DNA of 64,000 nucleotides from contig MFXS01000004.1 of assembly GCA_001788925.1 (NCBI GenBank), positions 50,464 through 114,463 on the forward strand, given 5' to 3'. This DNA is from Candidatus Peribacteria bacterium RIFCSPHIGHO2_01_FULL_55_13. GTDB taxonomy: Bacteria > Patescibacteriota > Gracilibacteria > Peribacterales > Peribacteraceae. The stretch's first letter is position 1. Each line of letters begins with the position of its first letter. Below are positions 35,906-46,164 of this stretch, piece by piece. The position numbers and the translations under genes are program-made. The notes beneath the pieces were generated by a model. The model was given only the letters and a program-made list of their open reading frames with translations. It was not told the DNA's origin and ran no database searches.

Positions 35906-35935
35906 TTGAAAATTGAAAATGTAAAATTGAAAATT
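35904..35935. repeat. 7-nt-periodic repeat module (AATTGAA units), single arm
   Basis: Runs from the trmD stop to the next ATG; 35904-35933 is identical to 43600-43629 (30/30 nt). Confidence 0.9.
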
Positions 35936-36211
35936 ATGGAAGTTGCTCTCTCAACATTGCAGGCTCAGTTGAGGGAAGCAGGGGAGCTGACCTTCAACGT
36001 GCGTGTTCATCCAGGAGCCCGAAAGACGCAGATCAAAAGCGTGATGGCGGATGGCACGATCAAGATCGACGTTGCTGCTGTACCGGAGGAGGGAAGAGCG
36101 AATGCGGCGCTCGTAAAATTTCTTGCGGAGGAGTTTGGTGTTGCGAAAGGGAATGTGGAGATTGTGGCGGGGGAGACGGGTAGGAAGAAGGTGGTGCGGA
36201 TTGTCGCATAA
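35936..36211 (+). CDS. DUF167 (YggU) family protein
   Basis: VRVHPGARKTQI...EGRANAALVKFLAEEFGV...VEIVAGETGRKKVV. Confidence 0.8.
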   Translation: MEVALSTLQAQLREAGELTFNVRVHPGARKTQIKSVMADGTIKIDVAAVPEEGRANAALVKFLAEEFGVAKGNVEIVAGETGRKKVVRIVA

Positions 36212-36214
36212 ATC

Positions 36215-36937
36215 CTATTTCTCCATCGCTTCCCGTATCTGCCCCTCCAGATCCGCGGCATACGGTAGACCCGTGTACTGCTTTCCATCGATGAAATATG
36301 TCGGCACCAGATTGACGCCAAGGCTGCGAAGCCAGGACTGCTGTTCTTCGATCACGGTAGTGGTTTTCTCGCTTCCGAGGCAGTCCCCGAAGATCTTTTC
36401 ATCGAGCTTCAGCTCTTTTGCATAGGAAAGGAGTGAGGCACGGTCGCTTCCGGTGCGCTCGAAGAGCAGACGGTGCATGCCCAGACCTGCATTCTGCTTT
36501 CCTGCACAGTACAGCGCCGAAGACATCTCTTTGCTTCCCGTATATTTCTTGAGCGGCAGGATTGCGATCGCGAGCCGGAGCGTCCCTGCTTCCAGAAACT
36601 GCTTCTCCAACATCGGCATGTATTCTGTGAGGAAGTCGCGGCAGTAGTTGCAGTGGTGTTCTGTGATCAGGAGCATCGAATGCGCTGCATCACGGTTGCC
36701 GAGTTCCAGGAGGCCGGAAGAAAGGAGGCGCTCGGGAAGAAGAGACCCCGTAAGGCTTTCGGGCTCCATGACTTGTTCTTCAGCCGGAGCTTCACCTTCA
36801 CTTTCGGTCTCTTGGGAAGGTTGCGGAGGCCTGTCCTGAGCATTGTCGAAGGGTTGCGAAGTTTGCGGAGTGGGCAGCGAGCAAGCGCTGAGAATGAGAA
36901 TGGCAGCCAGAGAGAAAGTGAATTTCATCATTGGCAT
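36215..36937 (-). CDS. DsbA/thioredoxin-like lipoprotein
   Basis: Lipobox ILSAC; CNYC active site (HHCNYCRDF). Confidence 0.75.
   Translation of the reverse strand: MPMMKFTFSLAAILILSACSLPTPQTSQPFDNAQDRPPQPSQETESEGEAPAEEQVMEPESLTGSLLPERLLSSGLLELGNRDAAHSMLLITEHHCNYCRDFLTEYMPMLEKQFLEAGTLRLAIAILPLKKYTGSKEMSSALYCAGKQNAGLGMHRLLFERTGSDRASLLSYAKELKLDEKIFGDCLGSEKTTTVIEEQQSWLRSLGVNLVPTYFIDGKQYTGLPYAADLEGQIREAMEK
36829..36853. repeat. 25-nt element (gene sense CCCTTCGACAATGCTCAGGACAGGC) flanked by 8-nt direct repeats
   Basis: Flanks TTGCGGAG and TTGCGAAG; read in frame as PFDNAQDR. Confidence 0.75.
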
Positions 36938-36938
36938 T

Positions 36939-36995
36939 GTAATTGCAGATTGAAAATTACAAAGCAGCTTCTGCAATTTTCAATCTGCAATTCAC
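36939..36995. repeat. 7-nt-periodic repeat module, inverted pair (AATTGCA/GATTGAA units)
   Basis: GTAATTGCAGATTGAAAATTAC / GCAATTTTCAATCTGCAATTCAC between two minus-strand genes. Confidence 0.85.
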
Positions 36996-37000
36996 TGTTC

Positions 37001-37426
37001 TTATAAGCACCGTGCTCCGCCCTCCGTGGGCTCGCACCCTCCCGGGCAGAACGTGTGCTTCAAGTGGTTCGCGACATCCGTGCAGCGCAGAACCTGGGGC
37101 TGACTGCAGGAACAAGAAGGATTGTGCATTTCCTGACATACGCCGTAGCGGATGGCACAGATGGCAGTCGGGCTGTTGCAGTCGTCCTCCTGGGTGCAGC
37201 CTGTCGTTGTTACCGTGGGGACTGTCTGGGGGGCGGAAGGTTGCGTGGGTTGCGAAGGTTGCAAAGTTTCTTGATCAGCTGTGACAGGCGGGCGGGCAAG
37301 AATGTTAGCGGCGCCGGGAACCACCACCACTCTTGTTTCCGGCTGAATAGCCTGAAGCACCAGAATCGTTGCGACTCCGGCAAGGTAGGCGACAAGGGTG
37401 ACGGCGATAGAGGGGATACGCTCCAT
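37001..37426 (-). CDS. membrane-anchored Cys-rich protein (hypothetical)
   Basis: TM helix then Thr/Pro linker and 12 Cys in the C-terminal 60 aa; start trimmed to MERIP. Confidence 0.5.
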   Translation of the reverse strand: MERIPSIAVTLVAYLAGVATILVLQAIQPETRVVVVPGAANILARPPVTADQETLQPSQPTQPSAPQTVPTVTTTGCTQEDDCNSPTAICAIRYGVCQEMHNPSCSCSQPQVLRCTDVANHLKHTFCPGGCEPTEGGARCL

Positions 37427-37477
37427 TTTCGTGAATTTTCCGCGTATCTTCCTCTGAATGCAATAGACAACAGACAA

Positions 37478-37539
37478 ATGCATAAAGCAAAAAGGATAAT
37501 GCAAAAATATTTTTGCTTTTTGCTTTATGCTTTATGCAT
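37478..37539. repeat. 7-nt-periodic repeat module, near-perfect palindrome (GCATAAA/GCAAAAA/GGATAAT units)
   Basis: In the divergent region, ending 6 nt before the wecG-like ATG. Confidence 0.9.
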
Positions 37540-37545
37540 TTCCCC

Positions 37546-38280
37546 ATGGCTTCACGCATTCCCATTCTCGGCGTTCCCATTGATCCCGTCACGATGGAGG
37601 AGGCGGTTACGTGCGTTCTGTCGATGCTCCATGGGTTGAAGCAGTGCCATGTGATGACACCGAACAACGAGATGCTCGTGGAGGCAGACCGCAATGCCGC
37701 TTTTAAAAGCGTCCTTCAGAGGAGCGATCTCAATCTCCCGGACAGCACCGGGCTTCTGTGGGCGGCTCGTAGAACAGGGGAGAGGATTCCAGAGCGTGTG
37801 AGCGGGGTGGATTTTGTGGAGAGACTGTGTGGGGCGTTGGATCAGAGTATTCCGGTGTTTTTTTTGGGGGGGAGGGGTGGAGCAGCGGAGAAAGCGGCGG
37901 AGAAATTCGGAATGCGGAATTCAGAATTCGGAATTGCAGGAGTATTTGAAGGATCTCCGAAAGATATGGATGCAGATCAGATCATCCAGGCAGTGAATAC
38001 TTCCGGTGCCAAGCTGCTACTGGTGGCTTACGGTGCGCCGAAGCAGGATCTCTGGATCGCGAAACATCTTTCGAAGATGCCTACGGTGCGTGTCGCGATC
38101 GGCGTCGGTGGTACATTCGATTTTCTGTCAGGAACGATCAAACGGGCGCCACGATGGTTGCGGTCACTGGGACTCGAGTGGTTGTGGAGACTGATCCTTC
38201 AGCCGTGGCGTATCAAAAGAATCTGGACGGCCGTCGTTATATTTCCGATGCTCGTCCTCATGTCAAAAAAGCAGAACTGA
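37546..38280 (+). CDS. WecB/TagA/CpsF family glycosyltransferase
   Basis: ILGVPIDPVTMEEAV, TPNNEML and LGLEWLWRLILQPWR motifs. Confidence 0.85.
   Translation: MASRIPILGVPIDPVTMEEAVTCVLSMLHGLKQCHVMTPNNEMLVEADRNAAFKSVLQRSDLNLPDSTGLLWAARRTGERIPERVSGVDFVERLCGALDQSIPVFFLGGRGGAAEKAAEKFGMRNSEFGIAGVFEGSPKDMDADQIIQAVNTSGAKLLLVAYGAPKQDLWIAKHLSKMPTVRVAIGVGGTFDFLSGTIKRAPRWLRSLGLEWLWRLILQPWRIKRIWTAVVIFPMLVLMSKKQN
37902..37937. repeat. 7-nt-periodic repeat module in CDS (GGAATGC/GGAATTC units)
   Basis: Read as KFGMRNSEFGIAG; same peptide as the guaA insert. Confidence 0.85.
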
Positions 38281-38290
38281 TACAGGGCGG

Positions 38291-38608
38291 CTACTCATGC
38301 ATCTGCTCCTCGTGCGCCACATACCATTCTTTCTCTCCCTTCTGAAGCTTCACGAGCTTCGGTCCGTTTTTTGTTTGCACCAGGTAGTCTCTCTGGTTCT
38401 CATTACTCCGCAGCAGCGTCGAACTCGTGACGACGTCGTCTTCCAAAAGAAGATACACCGCGATATCCGGCTTATCGGTGAGCGCCGCCTTCACATTGGC
38501 CATCGCGCGGCCGAGGGTGGCGGCGAGCGCCACGACGAGCATCGAAAGGAGCACGGCCCACATCATCGTGTGGCCGTACCGCTTGCGGGAGATGAGGGAA
38601 AGTTCCAT
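38291..38608 (-). CDS. small membrane-anchored protein (hypothetical)
   Basis: 105 aa with one TM helix. Confidence 0.45.
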   Translation of the reverse strand: MELSLISRKRYGHTMMWAVLLSMLVVALAATLGRAMANVKAALTDKPDIAVYLLLEDDVVTSSTLLRSNENQRDYLVQTKNGPKLVKLQKGEKEWYVAHEEQMHE

Positions 38609-38655
38609 TTCTCAGTATTATAGCAGAAGTCTACATCGGGTGGTACCTTTGCCGC

Positions 38656-40164
38656 ATGCCCCGTGTCTGTCTCATCATCATCGACGGCTTCGGAGTGGCT
38701 CCTCCGGGACCCGGAAATGCCCGGACGCTCGCTAAAATGCCCACCGTGGCGACATTGGAGAGCGAAGTCCCAAATGTCCTGATGGAGGCTTCGGGCAATG
38801 CCGTCGGGCTTCCGGAAGGCCAGCAGGGCGCTTCGGAACCCGGCCATCTGACGATGGGGGCGGGGAGAGTGGTGTGGCAGCCGCTGGAAAATATCAACCG
38901 CGCGATCCGCGAAGGAGATTTTTTCGAGAATCCCGTCCTGATCGCCGCGTGCGAACGCGCGAAAGAAAAAAATGTCCCGCTTCACCTCCTCGGTCTCTAC
39001 TCCAGCGGGGGAGTACACAGTCATCTCGATCATATGCACGCGATGCTCAGGCTCGCGAAGCAGAAGGGCGTCGCGAAAGTGTTTCTCCATCTCGTTGGCG
39101 ACGGGCGCGACATGCCGGAGCAGTACTTCTGCACGGATTTCGATCTCCTGAAGAAAGAAATTTCGAAGGAGCAGCTCGGCACCATCGCCTCGCTCGTGGG
39201 CCGATACTTTGCCATGGACCGCGACAAGCAGTACGTCGATCGGACAAAAGTCGCCTACGATCTTCTGGCGGAAGGCAAAGGGGAGGACTCCAGCGATTTC
39301 TGCGCGTCGGCGAAACAGTGGTACATCGCGGCTCCCGACAAACAGAAGACGGATTACTATATTCGCCCGCTCAAAACGAAGGAGTTCCAGCCTGTACAAG
39401 GGAAAGACGTCGTGGTGTGTGTGAACTTCCGCAGCGACCGCATGATCCAGATTGTGCGTGCTCTGGAAGAGGAAAATTTCGCGGAGTTTCCCCGCCCGGT
39501 ACGCGTCACCGACGTCGTTTGCATGGGACCGTATTCCAATCACTTGCCCGTGGCGTTTCCTGCTCAAGAAGTCCTCAATACCCTTGGATCGGTGGTGTCG
39601 AAGGCTGGTATCAAACAGCTACGCGTTGCGGAAACCGATAAATTCGCGCATGTGACATTCTTCTTCAATGCGCAGGAACATGAGCCATATAAAGGAGAAG
39701 ATCGCCTGATGGTGGAATCGCCGAAAGTCGCGAACTTCGCGGAAGCTCCCGAAATGAGTGCGGATCAGATCACGGAGACGGTGCTCGGCAATATCAAAGA
39801 TGGCACATACGGACTGATCGTCATGAACTACGCGAACCCCGATCTTGTAGGCCATGGCGGCAAGCTCGATGCGGCCGTGAAAGCATGCGAAACCGTCGAT
39901 CGCAATCTTGCGAAGCTTCTTCCGGCACTCGAAGCCGCCGGCTACGACTGGATCGTCACGGCCGACCACGGCAATGCGGAGTGCATGCTTCTGGAAGACG
40001 GTGCCACGATCAATCCGAGTCATACGACGAGTCCCATCCAGACGTTCGTGCATTCCTCGATTATCAAATCGTCTGCAGATCTGAAAGATCTCAAGGGGCT
40101 CAAAGATATTGCGCCGCTTTGCCTGAAGATCATGGGCATTCCGGTGCCGAAAGAGATGCAGTAG
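38656..40164 (+). CDS. gpmI: 2,3-bisphosphoglycerate-independent phosphoglycerate mutase
   Basis: LIIIDGFG, SGGVHSH and TADHGNAE motifs; 502 aa. Confidence 0.93.
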   Translation: MPRVCLIIIDGFGVAPPGPGNARTLAKMPTVATLESEVPNVLMEASGNAVGLPEGQQGASEPGHLTMGAGRVVWQPLENINRAIREGDFFENPVLIAACERAKEKNVPLHLLGLYSSGGVHSHLDHMHAMLRLAKQKGVAKVFLHLVGDGRDMPEQYFCTDFDLLKKEISKEQLGTIASLVGRYFAMDRDKQYVDRTKVAYDLLAEGKGEDSSDFCASAKQWYIAAPDKQKTDYYIRPLKTKEFQPVQGKDVVVCVNFRSDRMIQIVRALEEENFAEFPRPVRVTDVVCMGPYSNHLPVAFPAQEVLNTLGSVVSKAGIKQLRVAETDKFAHVTFFFNAQEHEPYKGEDRLMVESPKVANFAEAPEMSADQITETVLGNIKDGTYGLIVMNYANPDLVGHGGKLDAAVKACETVDRNLAKLLPALEAAGYDWIVTADHGNAECMLLEDGATINPSHTTSPIQTFVHSSIIKSSADLKDLKGLKDIAPLCLKIMGIPVPKEMQ

Positions 40165-40350
40165 ATGAGTAGCGGAGGTTCATGAACCTCTGGTCAGTGC
40201 ACTTACGCCGGAGCAGCAAAAGGCACGAGGAGTATTCCTTGAAGAATTCATTCGTTGGGTCGTTTCTTTGCGGAAATAAACATCCCAGAAATATTCGACA
40301 AAAGTTAATTTATAGTGTATTATAGTTATAATATTTCTTTCAACATCCAT

Positions 40351-40899
40351 ATGAAACACGCCATACATCGTAGGAAATATCTTCTGTGTGCGCTTGTAGT
40401 GGTTGGGGCACTCTTGGCACTCTCATTTGCTGCAAAGTATTTTGCAGAGCTAAACACCATAAGTGCAGCAACCATAGATACGGGTGGGAACCATTCGAGT
40501 CCACCATGGCAATCCTATTGTATGGAATCTGTCACGGAAAGTTCCGCGAGTACAACGGCTGTTACCGATGCAAGAACAAGAGTGAGCGATTGTGCTGAGA
40601 GCTTTAGATCTGCTTGCGAAGTGCAAGGGTCTCCTCTGGGGGTACTCACTGTAGGCGCACAAACGGAGACTTCGATGACATACTCGTATCATATGTGGCC
40701 GCTCAGCCTGATATTTAACGATGTGATGACAACCATTCAGCAAGAAGTGAAATGTGACTATCTTCCTGGATATTTGGAGGAGATGGCAAGAAACGCTCTC
40801 AATAGTGCAAGTTCGGGTATGCCAGTGTCTGCACCATCCGGAACGACTGCACCAACCGGAGTGCCTGCAATGCCTGCGACAAATGGGATCATCCCGTAA
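40351..40899 (+). CDS. secreted/membrane-anchored hypothetical protein (AT-richer orphan)
   Basis: N-terminal TM/signal sequence MKHAIHRRKYLLCALVVVGALLAL. Confidence 0.5.
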   Translation: MKHAIHRRKYLLCALVVVGALLALSFAAKYFAELNTISAATIDTGGNHSSPPWQSYCMESVTESSASTTAVTDARTRVSDCAESFRSACEVQGSPLGVLTVGAQTETSMTYSYHMWPLSLIFNDVMTTIQQEVKCDYLPGYLEEMARNALNSASSGMPVSAPSGTTAPTGVPAMPATNGIIP

Positions 40900-40979
40900 A
40901 TGTGGGCATCTGGATGAAGCGTTCTTCCATTGATGTTCGGGTCCACAGGTAGCGGAGGATCGTAATCTTCCGCTACGCT

Positions 40980-42332
<1,353 letters not shown>

Positions 42333-42356
42333 CTGCTCACTAGTAGGGTTATAGGG

Positions 42357-43793
42357 ATGCTTCAACGTATCCGCGAGGGGCTTACCTTGGTACTCATTGC
42401 AGTGCTGCCCTTTCATGCGTTTCTCGTTACCGTCGGGACAAAGCTCATCGCGGGGTCAGGGCAATCACCGTTGCCCGTGTTGGCGCTTTGGAAAGAGGCA
42501 GTCCTTGGGATGATTTTGCTTGTTGCTTTGGTGGAGATCTTTCGAGAGTGGAAAACGGAAAGTGGAAAGTGGAAAGTTGATGTTTTCGACATTCTGATCG
42601 TTGGGTTAATTGCCTGGTCGATCATTTTGTATTTCGTTTTCCACTTTCCACTTTCCACTTTCCACTTCGCATTCGGGTTTAAGTATGACTTCCTCCCGCT
42701 CGTTGCATTCCTGATCCTGCGGCGGGTGCCTTGGTCACCGTGGTTCATCAGCACGGCAGTAGCCGTGCTGCTAAGCGTGGGTGCGGTCGTCGCGGTCTAT
42801 GGAATCGCTGCGATATTCCTGCCGATGTCGTGGTTCACGGCGTTGGGATATTCCGATCTTCATTCCTTGTATGTCCCCGGGGGGCCGCTTGCACCGTTCC
42901 AGCAGATTGAATCGATCGGCATCAGAAGAATGCAGTCGGTAATGAGTGGGCCGAATCAGATGGGGCTGTGGCTTTTGATTCCCTGGAGCATTGCGTTCGT
43001 TGATCTTGTTCGCAGGCGGTCGTTTGCTGGTTTGCTGGTTTGCTCGTTGCTCGTTGTAGGCATTCTCCTCTCTTTCTCAAGATCCGCCTGGATCGCGGCA
43101 GCCGTCATCGGCGCAGTCGTTGCATGGAAGCATTTGTCTCGCAAACAGATGGTCATGGCTGCCTCTTTCTTGATCGTTCTTGCCGTTATTGCCGTTGCTG
43201 CATTTCCAAGCATTGTTTTACGTGCCACATCTACCACCGGTCATATTGATCGGCCTCTTCAGGCGTTGCAGATCATGAAAGAACATCCGCTGGGTCTGGG
43301 TCTTGGTTCTGCCGGCCCGGCAAGTAATCGCTTCAGCGATGCCTGTGTGGATCTTCCCGCAGGCAGCGACGCTTCATGGGCGCAGGCGCATTCGCAGCTG
43401 TGTGTGTTTGTCGGCGGCAATCAAGTCCAGCCTCCGCTCCCTTCCGGGGAGCTACGGCCGGCAGGCCAACCTGCGGATCGTACGTGCTCCTGTCCGCTTC
43501 TACCCGAAAATTGGTATCTGCAGATCGGTGTGGAGTTGGGGTGGATAGGTTTTATCCTGTATGTGACGTTGGTGCTGATGCTTTTGAAACGCTTGACGGA
43601 ATTGAAAATTGAAAATGTAAAATTGAAAAAAGAAGAATTTTCAATTTTCAATTTTCAATTTTCAATTGGTCTCGCATTCCTCGGCATCAGTATCGCCGCC
43701 CTCTTCCTGCATGCATGGGAAGACAGCGCGGTGGCGTATACGGTGTGGATTCTTATGGCAATGGGGCTTTTACTGAGAAGGAGGATCCATTGA
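42357..43793 (+). CDS. O-antigen ligase (Wzy_C)-like membrane protein
   Basis: About 11 TM helices, LLSFSRSAW loop motif, 478 aa. Confidence 0.75.
   Translation: MLQRIREGLTLVLIAVLPFHAFLVTVGTKLIAGSGQSPLPVLALWKEAVLGMILLVALVEIFREWKTESGKWKVDVFDILIVGLIAWSIILYFVFHFPLSTFHFAFGFKYDFLPLVAFLILRRVPWSPWFISTAVAVLLSVGAVVAVYGIAAIFLPMSWFTALGYSDLHSLYVPGGPLAPFQQIESIGIRRMQSVMSGPNQMGLWLLIPWSIAFVDLVRRRSFAGLLVCSLLVVGILLSFSRSAWIAAAVIGAVVAWKHLSRKQMVMAASFLIVLAVIAVAAFPSIVLRATSTTGHIDRPLQALQIMKEHPLGLGLGSAGPASNRFSDACVDLPAGSDASWAQAHSQLCVFVGGNQVQPPLPSGELRPAGQPADRTCSCPLLPENWYLQIGVELGWIGFILYVTLVLMLLKRLTELKIENVKLKKEEFSIFNFQFSIGLAFLGISIAALFLHAWEDSAVAYTVWILMAMGLLLRRRIH
42546..42670. repeat. inverted GGAAAGT arrays separated by 57 nt, all in frame
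   Basis: Arms 42546-42579 (EWKTESGKWKVD) and 42637-42670 (FHFPLSTFHFA) bracket a predicted TM helix. Confidence 0.85.
43598..43669. repeat. 7-nt-periodic repeat module, complete hairpin in frame (AATTGAA / TTTTCAA units)
   Basis: Read as ELKIENVKLKKEEFSIFNFQFSIG. Confidence 0.9.
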
Positions 43794-44282
43794 GGTCAGA
43801 AGATGCTCATCACCATTTCCAGCAGCCATGATCGTGGATTTCCGCTCCCCAACATCCGAAGGGTCATTCAGCCACTCTGTAACATCGTCTCCGGTAAACT
43901 GTTCATTCGGAGGATACACCTGCTTCATGCCTGTTACGGAACCAGGCGCCTTCTGATGTGCTGTGGAAAGAACGACAATTGCCTCATTGTGTATTTTGCG
44001 GACAGCAAGAGTGAGCTGGGTGAGATTGTTCAAGCTCTGCGTGAGCTTTTCATCTCCATCAACGATGACAGACGAAATCTCGCCTTCTTTTCGTACGTGT
44101 ATTCGCTTGTCTCTTTGCAATAAGTTATTTGTTTGTAACCCCGTATACAGCCCTGGATTTTTTGTTTCGGGGAGGACAATATCGCCATTTTGAACTTCTG
44201 CATGCAATTCCATAAGTACAGTATGTTCTCGCTGCGGCACCCTTTTGTCAATTCCCTCTGGAAAGGGGTAGGCTTTGCCCAT
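43770..44282 (-). CDS. hypothetical protein (AT-richer orphan); start uncertain
   Basis: 170-aa ORF filling the 487-nt gap; its ATG overlaps the guaA ATG (CCATGG); M24 (44213) is an alternative start. Confidence 0.4.
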   Translation of the reverse strand: MGKAYPFPEGIDKRVPQREHTVLMELHAEVQNGDIVLPETKNPGLYTGLQTNNLLQRDKRIHVRKEGEISSVIVDGDEKLTQSLNNLTQLTLAVRKIHNEAIVVLSTAHQKAPGSVTGMKQVYPPNEQFTGDDVTEWLNDPSDVGERKSTIMAAGNGDEHLLTSMDPPSQ

Positions 44283-46107
44283 GGAAGGTTCCGTTCATCC
44301 AAAGTCCATCGCTATTCTCGATTTCGGAGGCCAGTATGCGCACCTGATCGCCAGCCGCATCCGGCGTTTTGGGTATCCCTCCTATATCTACCCGTGTGAC
44401 ATCGATCCCACAGAATTAAGGGGAGTTGCTGGCATCATTCTCTCTGGTGGGCCACAGAGCGTGTACGACAAGGGGAGTCCGCAGGCGGATCCGAAGATTT
44501 TTGATCTTGGTATTCCGGTTCTGGGACTTTGCTACGGGCATCAGTGGCTGGCGCATGCGCTTGGCGGCCGAGTGGCTGCTGCGAAGGTTAAGGAATATGG
44601 ATCTACGCTGGTGAAGCGAGCGGAAAAAGAAAAAAGCAAAAAGGAAAATGATTTGTTTGAAGGATTTCCGGAGCAGTGGACGGTCTGGATGTCGCATGGC
44701 GACGAAGTGAGTGAGCTTCCGCCGGGATTTATCCGCACTGCAAGTACGAAAGATTGCATCAACGCGGCGATGGTGAATCCGGAGAGAAACATTTTCGGCA
44801 TCCAGTGGCATAACGAGGTGACGCACACGGAGCATGGCATGGAAATCCTCCGGAGGTTTGCGGAATTCTGTAAGCCTGCGCAGTGGTCGATTAAAAGTTA
44901 TGCCGATCATGTGGGTGCGCAGATCAAAGAAGAGGTGGGTGGCAAGAAAGTCTTTATGCTGGTCTCCGGAGGGGTGGATTCCACGGTCGCGTTCACGCTT
45001 CTGAACAAGGTCCTTGGCGCAGATCGTGTACAGGGGCTCCTCGTCGATACGGGATTGATGCGCAAAGGAGAGGTGAAGATGATTGAAGAAGCGTTTGCAA
45101 AGCTCAAGATCAAAAATCTGCACATCGAAGATGCATCAGAGGAATTTTTTGCGAATCTGAAAGGCGTTTATGGACCGGAAGAGAAGAGGAAGATCATTGG
45201 GAATACATTTTTAGAGGTGCAGAAGAGGGTGTTTGAAGAAATGCGGAATTCGGAATTCGGAATTCGGAATGAGGTGTGCTTGTTGGGTCAAGGGACCATT
45301 TATCCAGACACGATTGAAACCGGAGGGACCAAGCACGCGGACAAGATCAAGACGCATCACAACCGTGTGGAGGCGATCCAGAAAATGATTGAGCAGGGAC
45401 TCGTGATCGAGCCGCTCAAGGAACTCTATAAAGATGAAGTGCGTATTCTGGGCGAAGAACTGGGATTGCCGCATGCACTCGTATGGCGGCATCCATTTCC
45501 GGGGCCGGGACTTGGCGTTCGAATTCTTTGTGCGAAGAATTCGAACGAATTGAAAATTGAAAATGGAAAATTGAAAATTGAGTTCCAACACACGGTGTTG
45601 CCCGTGCAATCGGTGGGTGTGCAAGGTGACGGAAGAACCTATCGGCATGCGATCGTTGTTTTCGGTAAAGATCCCTCGAAGATTACTACGGAGCATCTGG
45701 AGCTTGCGACGCAGGTGCCTAACAGTAATCGCGAAATCAATCGTGTGCTTCTTTGCACGTCTCAATCTGAGCGCACAGAATTTTCGGTGACGCCGGGGGC
45801 GATCACCCGCGAGCGCGCAGACCTTCTCCGTGAAGCAGATGACATCGTCCTTCAGGAAATGCGAAACGCAGGTCTCTATGAAAAAATCTGGCAGTTCCCA
45901 GTCGTGTTACTTCCTCTCGGGAAGGGGAAAGGACAGTCGATTGTCCTTCGCCCTATCTCTTCCACCGACGCGATGACAGCGAATGCATTTGTATTGCCTC
46001 CCGAAGTCATCCAAACGATCACCAAAAAGATCATGCAATTGCCGGGCATCGATGCGGTTTTCTATGACCTCACCAATAAGCCGCCGGCGACTATAGAGTG
46101 GGAGTAG
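44281..46107 (+). CDS. guaA: GMP synthase (glutamine-hydrolysing), long form
   Basis: ILDFGGQYAHLIASRIR, LGLCYGHQ, SGGVDSTV and GQGTIYPD motifs. Confidence 0.93.
   Translation: MEGSVHPKSIAILDFGGQYAHLIASRIRRFGYPSYIYPCDIDPTELRGVAGIILSGGPQSVYDKGSPQADPKIFDLGIPVLGLCYGHQWLAHALGGRVAAAKVKEYGSTLVKRAEKEKSKKENDLFEGFPEQWTVWMSHGDEVSELPPGFIRTASTKDCINAAMVNPERNIFGIQWHNEVTHTEHGMEILRRFAEFCKPAQWSIKSYADHVGAQIKEEVGGKKVFMLVSGGVDSTVAFTLLNKVLGADRVQGLLVDTGLMRKGEVKMIEEAFAKLKIKNLHIEDASEEFFANLKGVYGPEEKRKIIGNTFLEVQKRVFEEMRNSEFGIRNEVCLLGQGTIYPDTIETGGTKHADKIKTHHNRVEAIQKMIEQGLVIEPLKELYKDEVRILGEELGLPHALVWRHPFPGPGLGVRILCAKNSNELKIENGKLKIEFQHTVLPVQSVGVQGDGRTYRHAIVVFGKDPSKITTEHLELATQVPNSNREINRVLLCTSQSERTEFSVTPGAITRERADLLREADDIVLQEMRNAGLYEKIWQFPVVLLPLGKGKGQSIVLRPISSTDAMTANAFVLPPEVIQTITKKIMQLPGIDAVFYDLTNKPPATIEWE
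44620..44650. repeat. 7-nt-periodic A-rich repeat module in CDS
   Basis: Read as RAEKEKSKKEN in the GATase domain. Confidence 0.6.
45241..45273. repeat. 7-nt-periodic repeat module in CDS (GGAATTC x3 plus variants)
   Basis: Read as MRNSEFGIRNE just upstream of the conserved GQGTIYPD. Confidence 0.9.
45537..45582. repeat. 7-nt-periodic repeat module in CDS (AATTGAA units, third unit AAATGGA)
   Basis: Read as NSNELKIENGKLKIE. Confidence 0.9.
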
Positions 46108-46164
46108 CCAAACCTCACCTTTTACTGGATTTGTGCAAATTAACAGCGTAGGATTCCTTTCACT

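Noticed and set aside
38563-39567. Long antisense ORFs inside well-supported genes (38563-39567 in gpmI, 47388-48581, 13117-14511, 1123-2076, 54333-55112)
   Set aside because: Their composition is Arg/Gly/His-rich and unlike real proteins. They are typical shadow ORFs of GC-rich coding DNA, while the opposite strand carries clear family motifs.
45241-45273. Heptanucleotide tracts as phase-variation (contingency) switches, since a 7-nt slip shifts the frame
   Set aside because: They sit in essential single-copy genes (guaA, korA, folK). Most arrays are imperfect and only 3-5 units long, and all are currently in frame. This cannot be fully excluded without read-level length polymorphism data.
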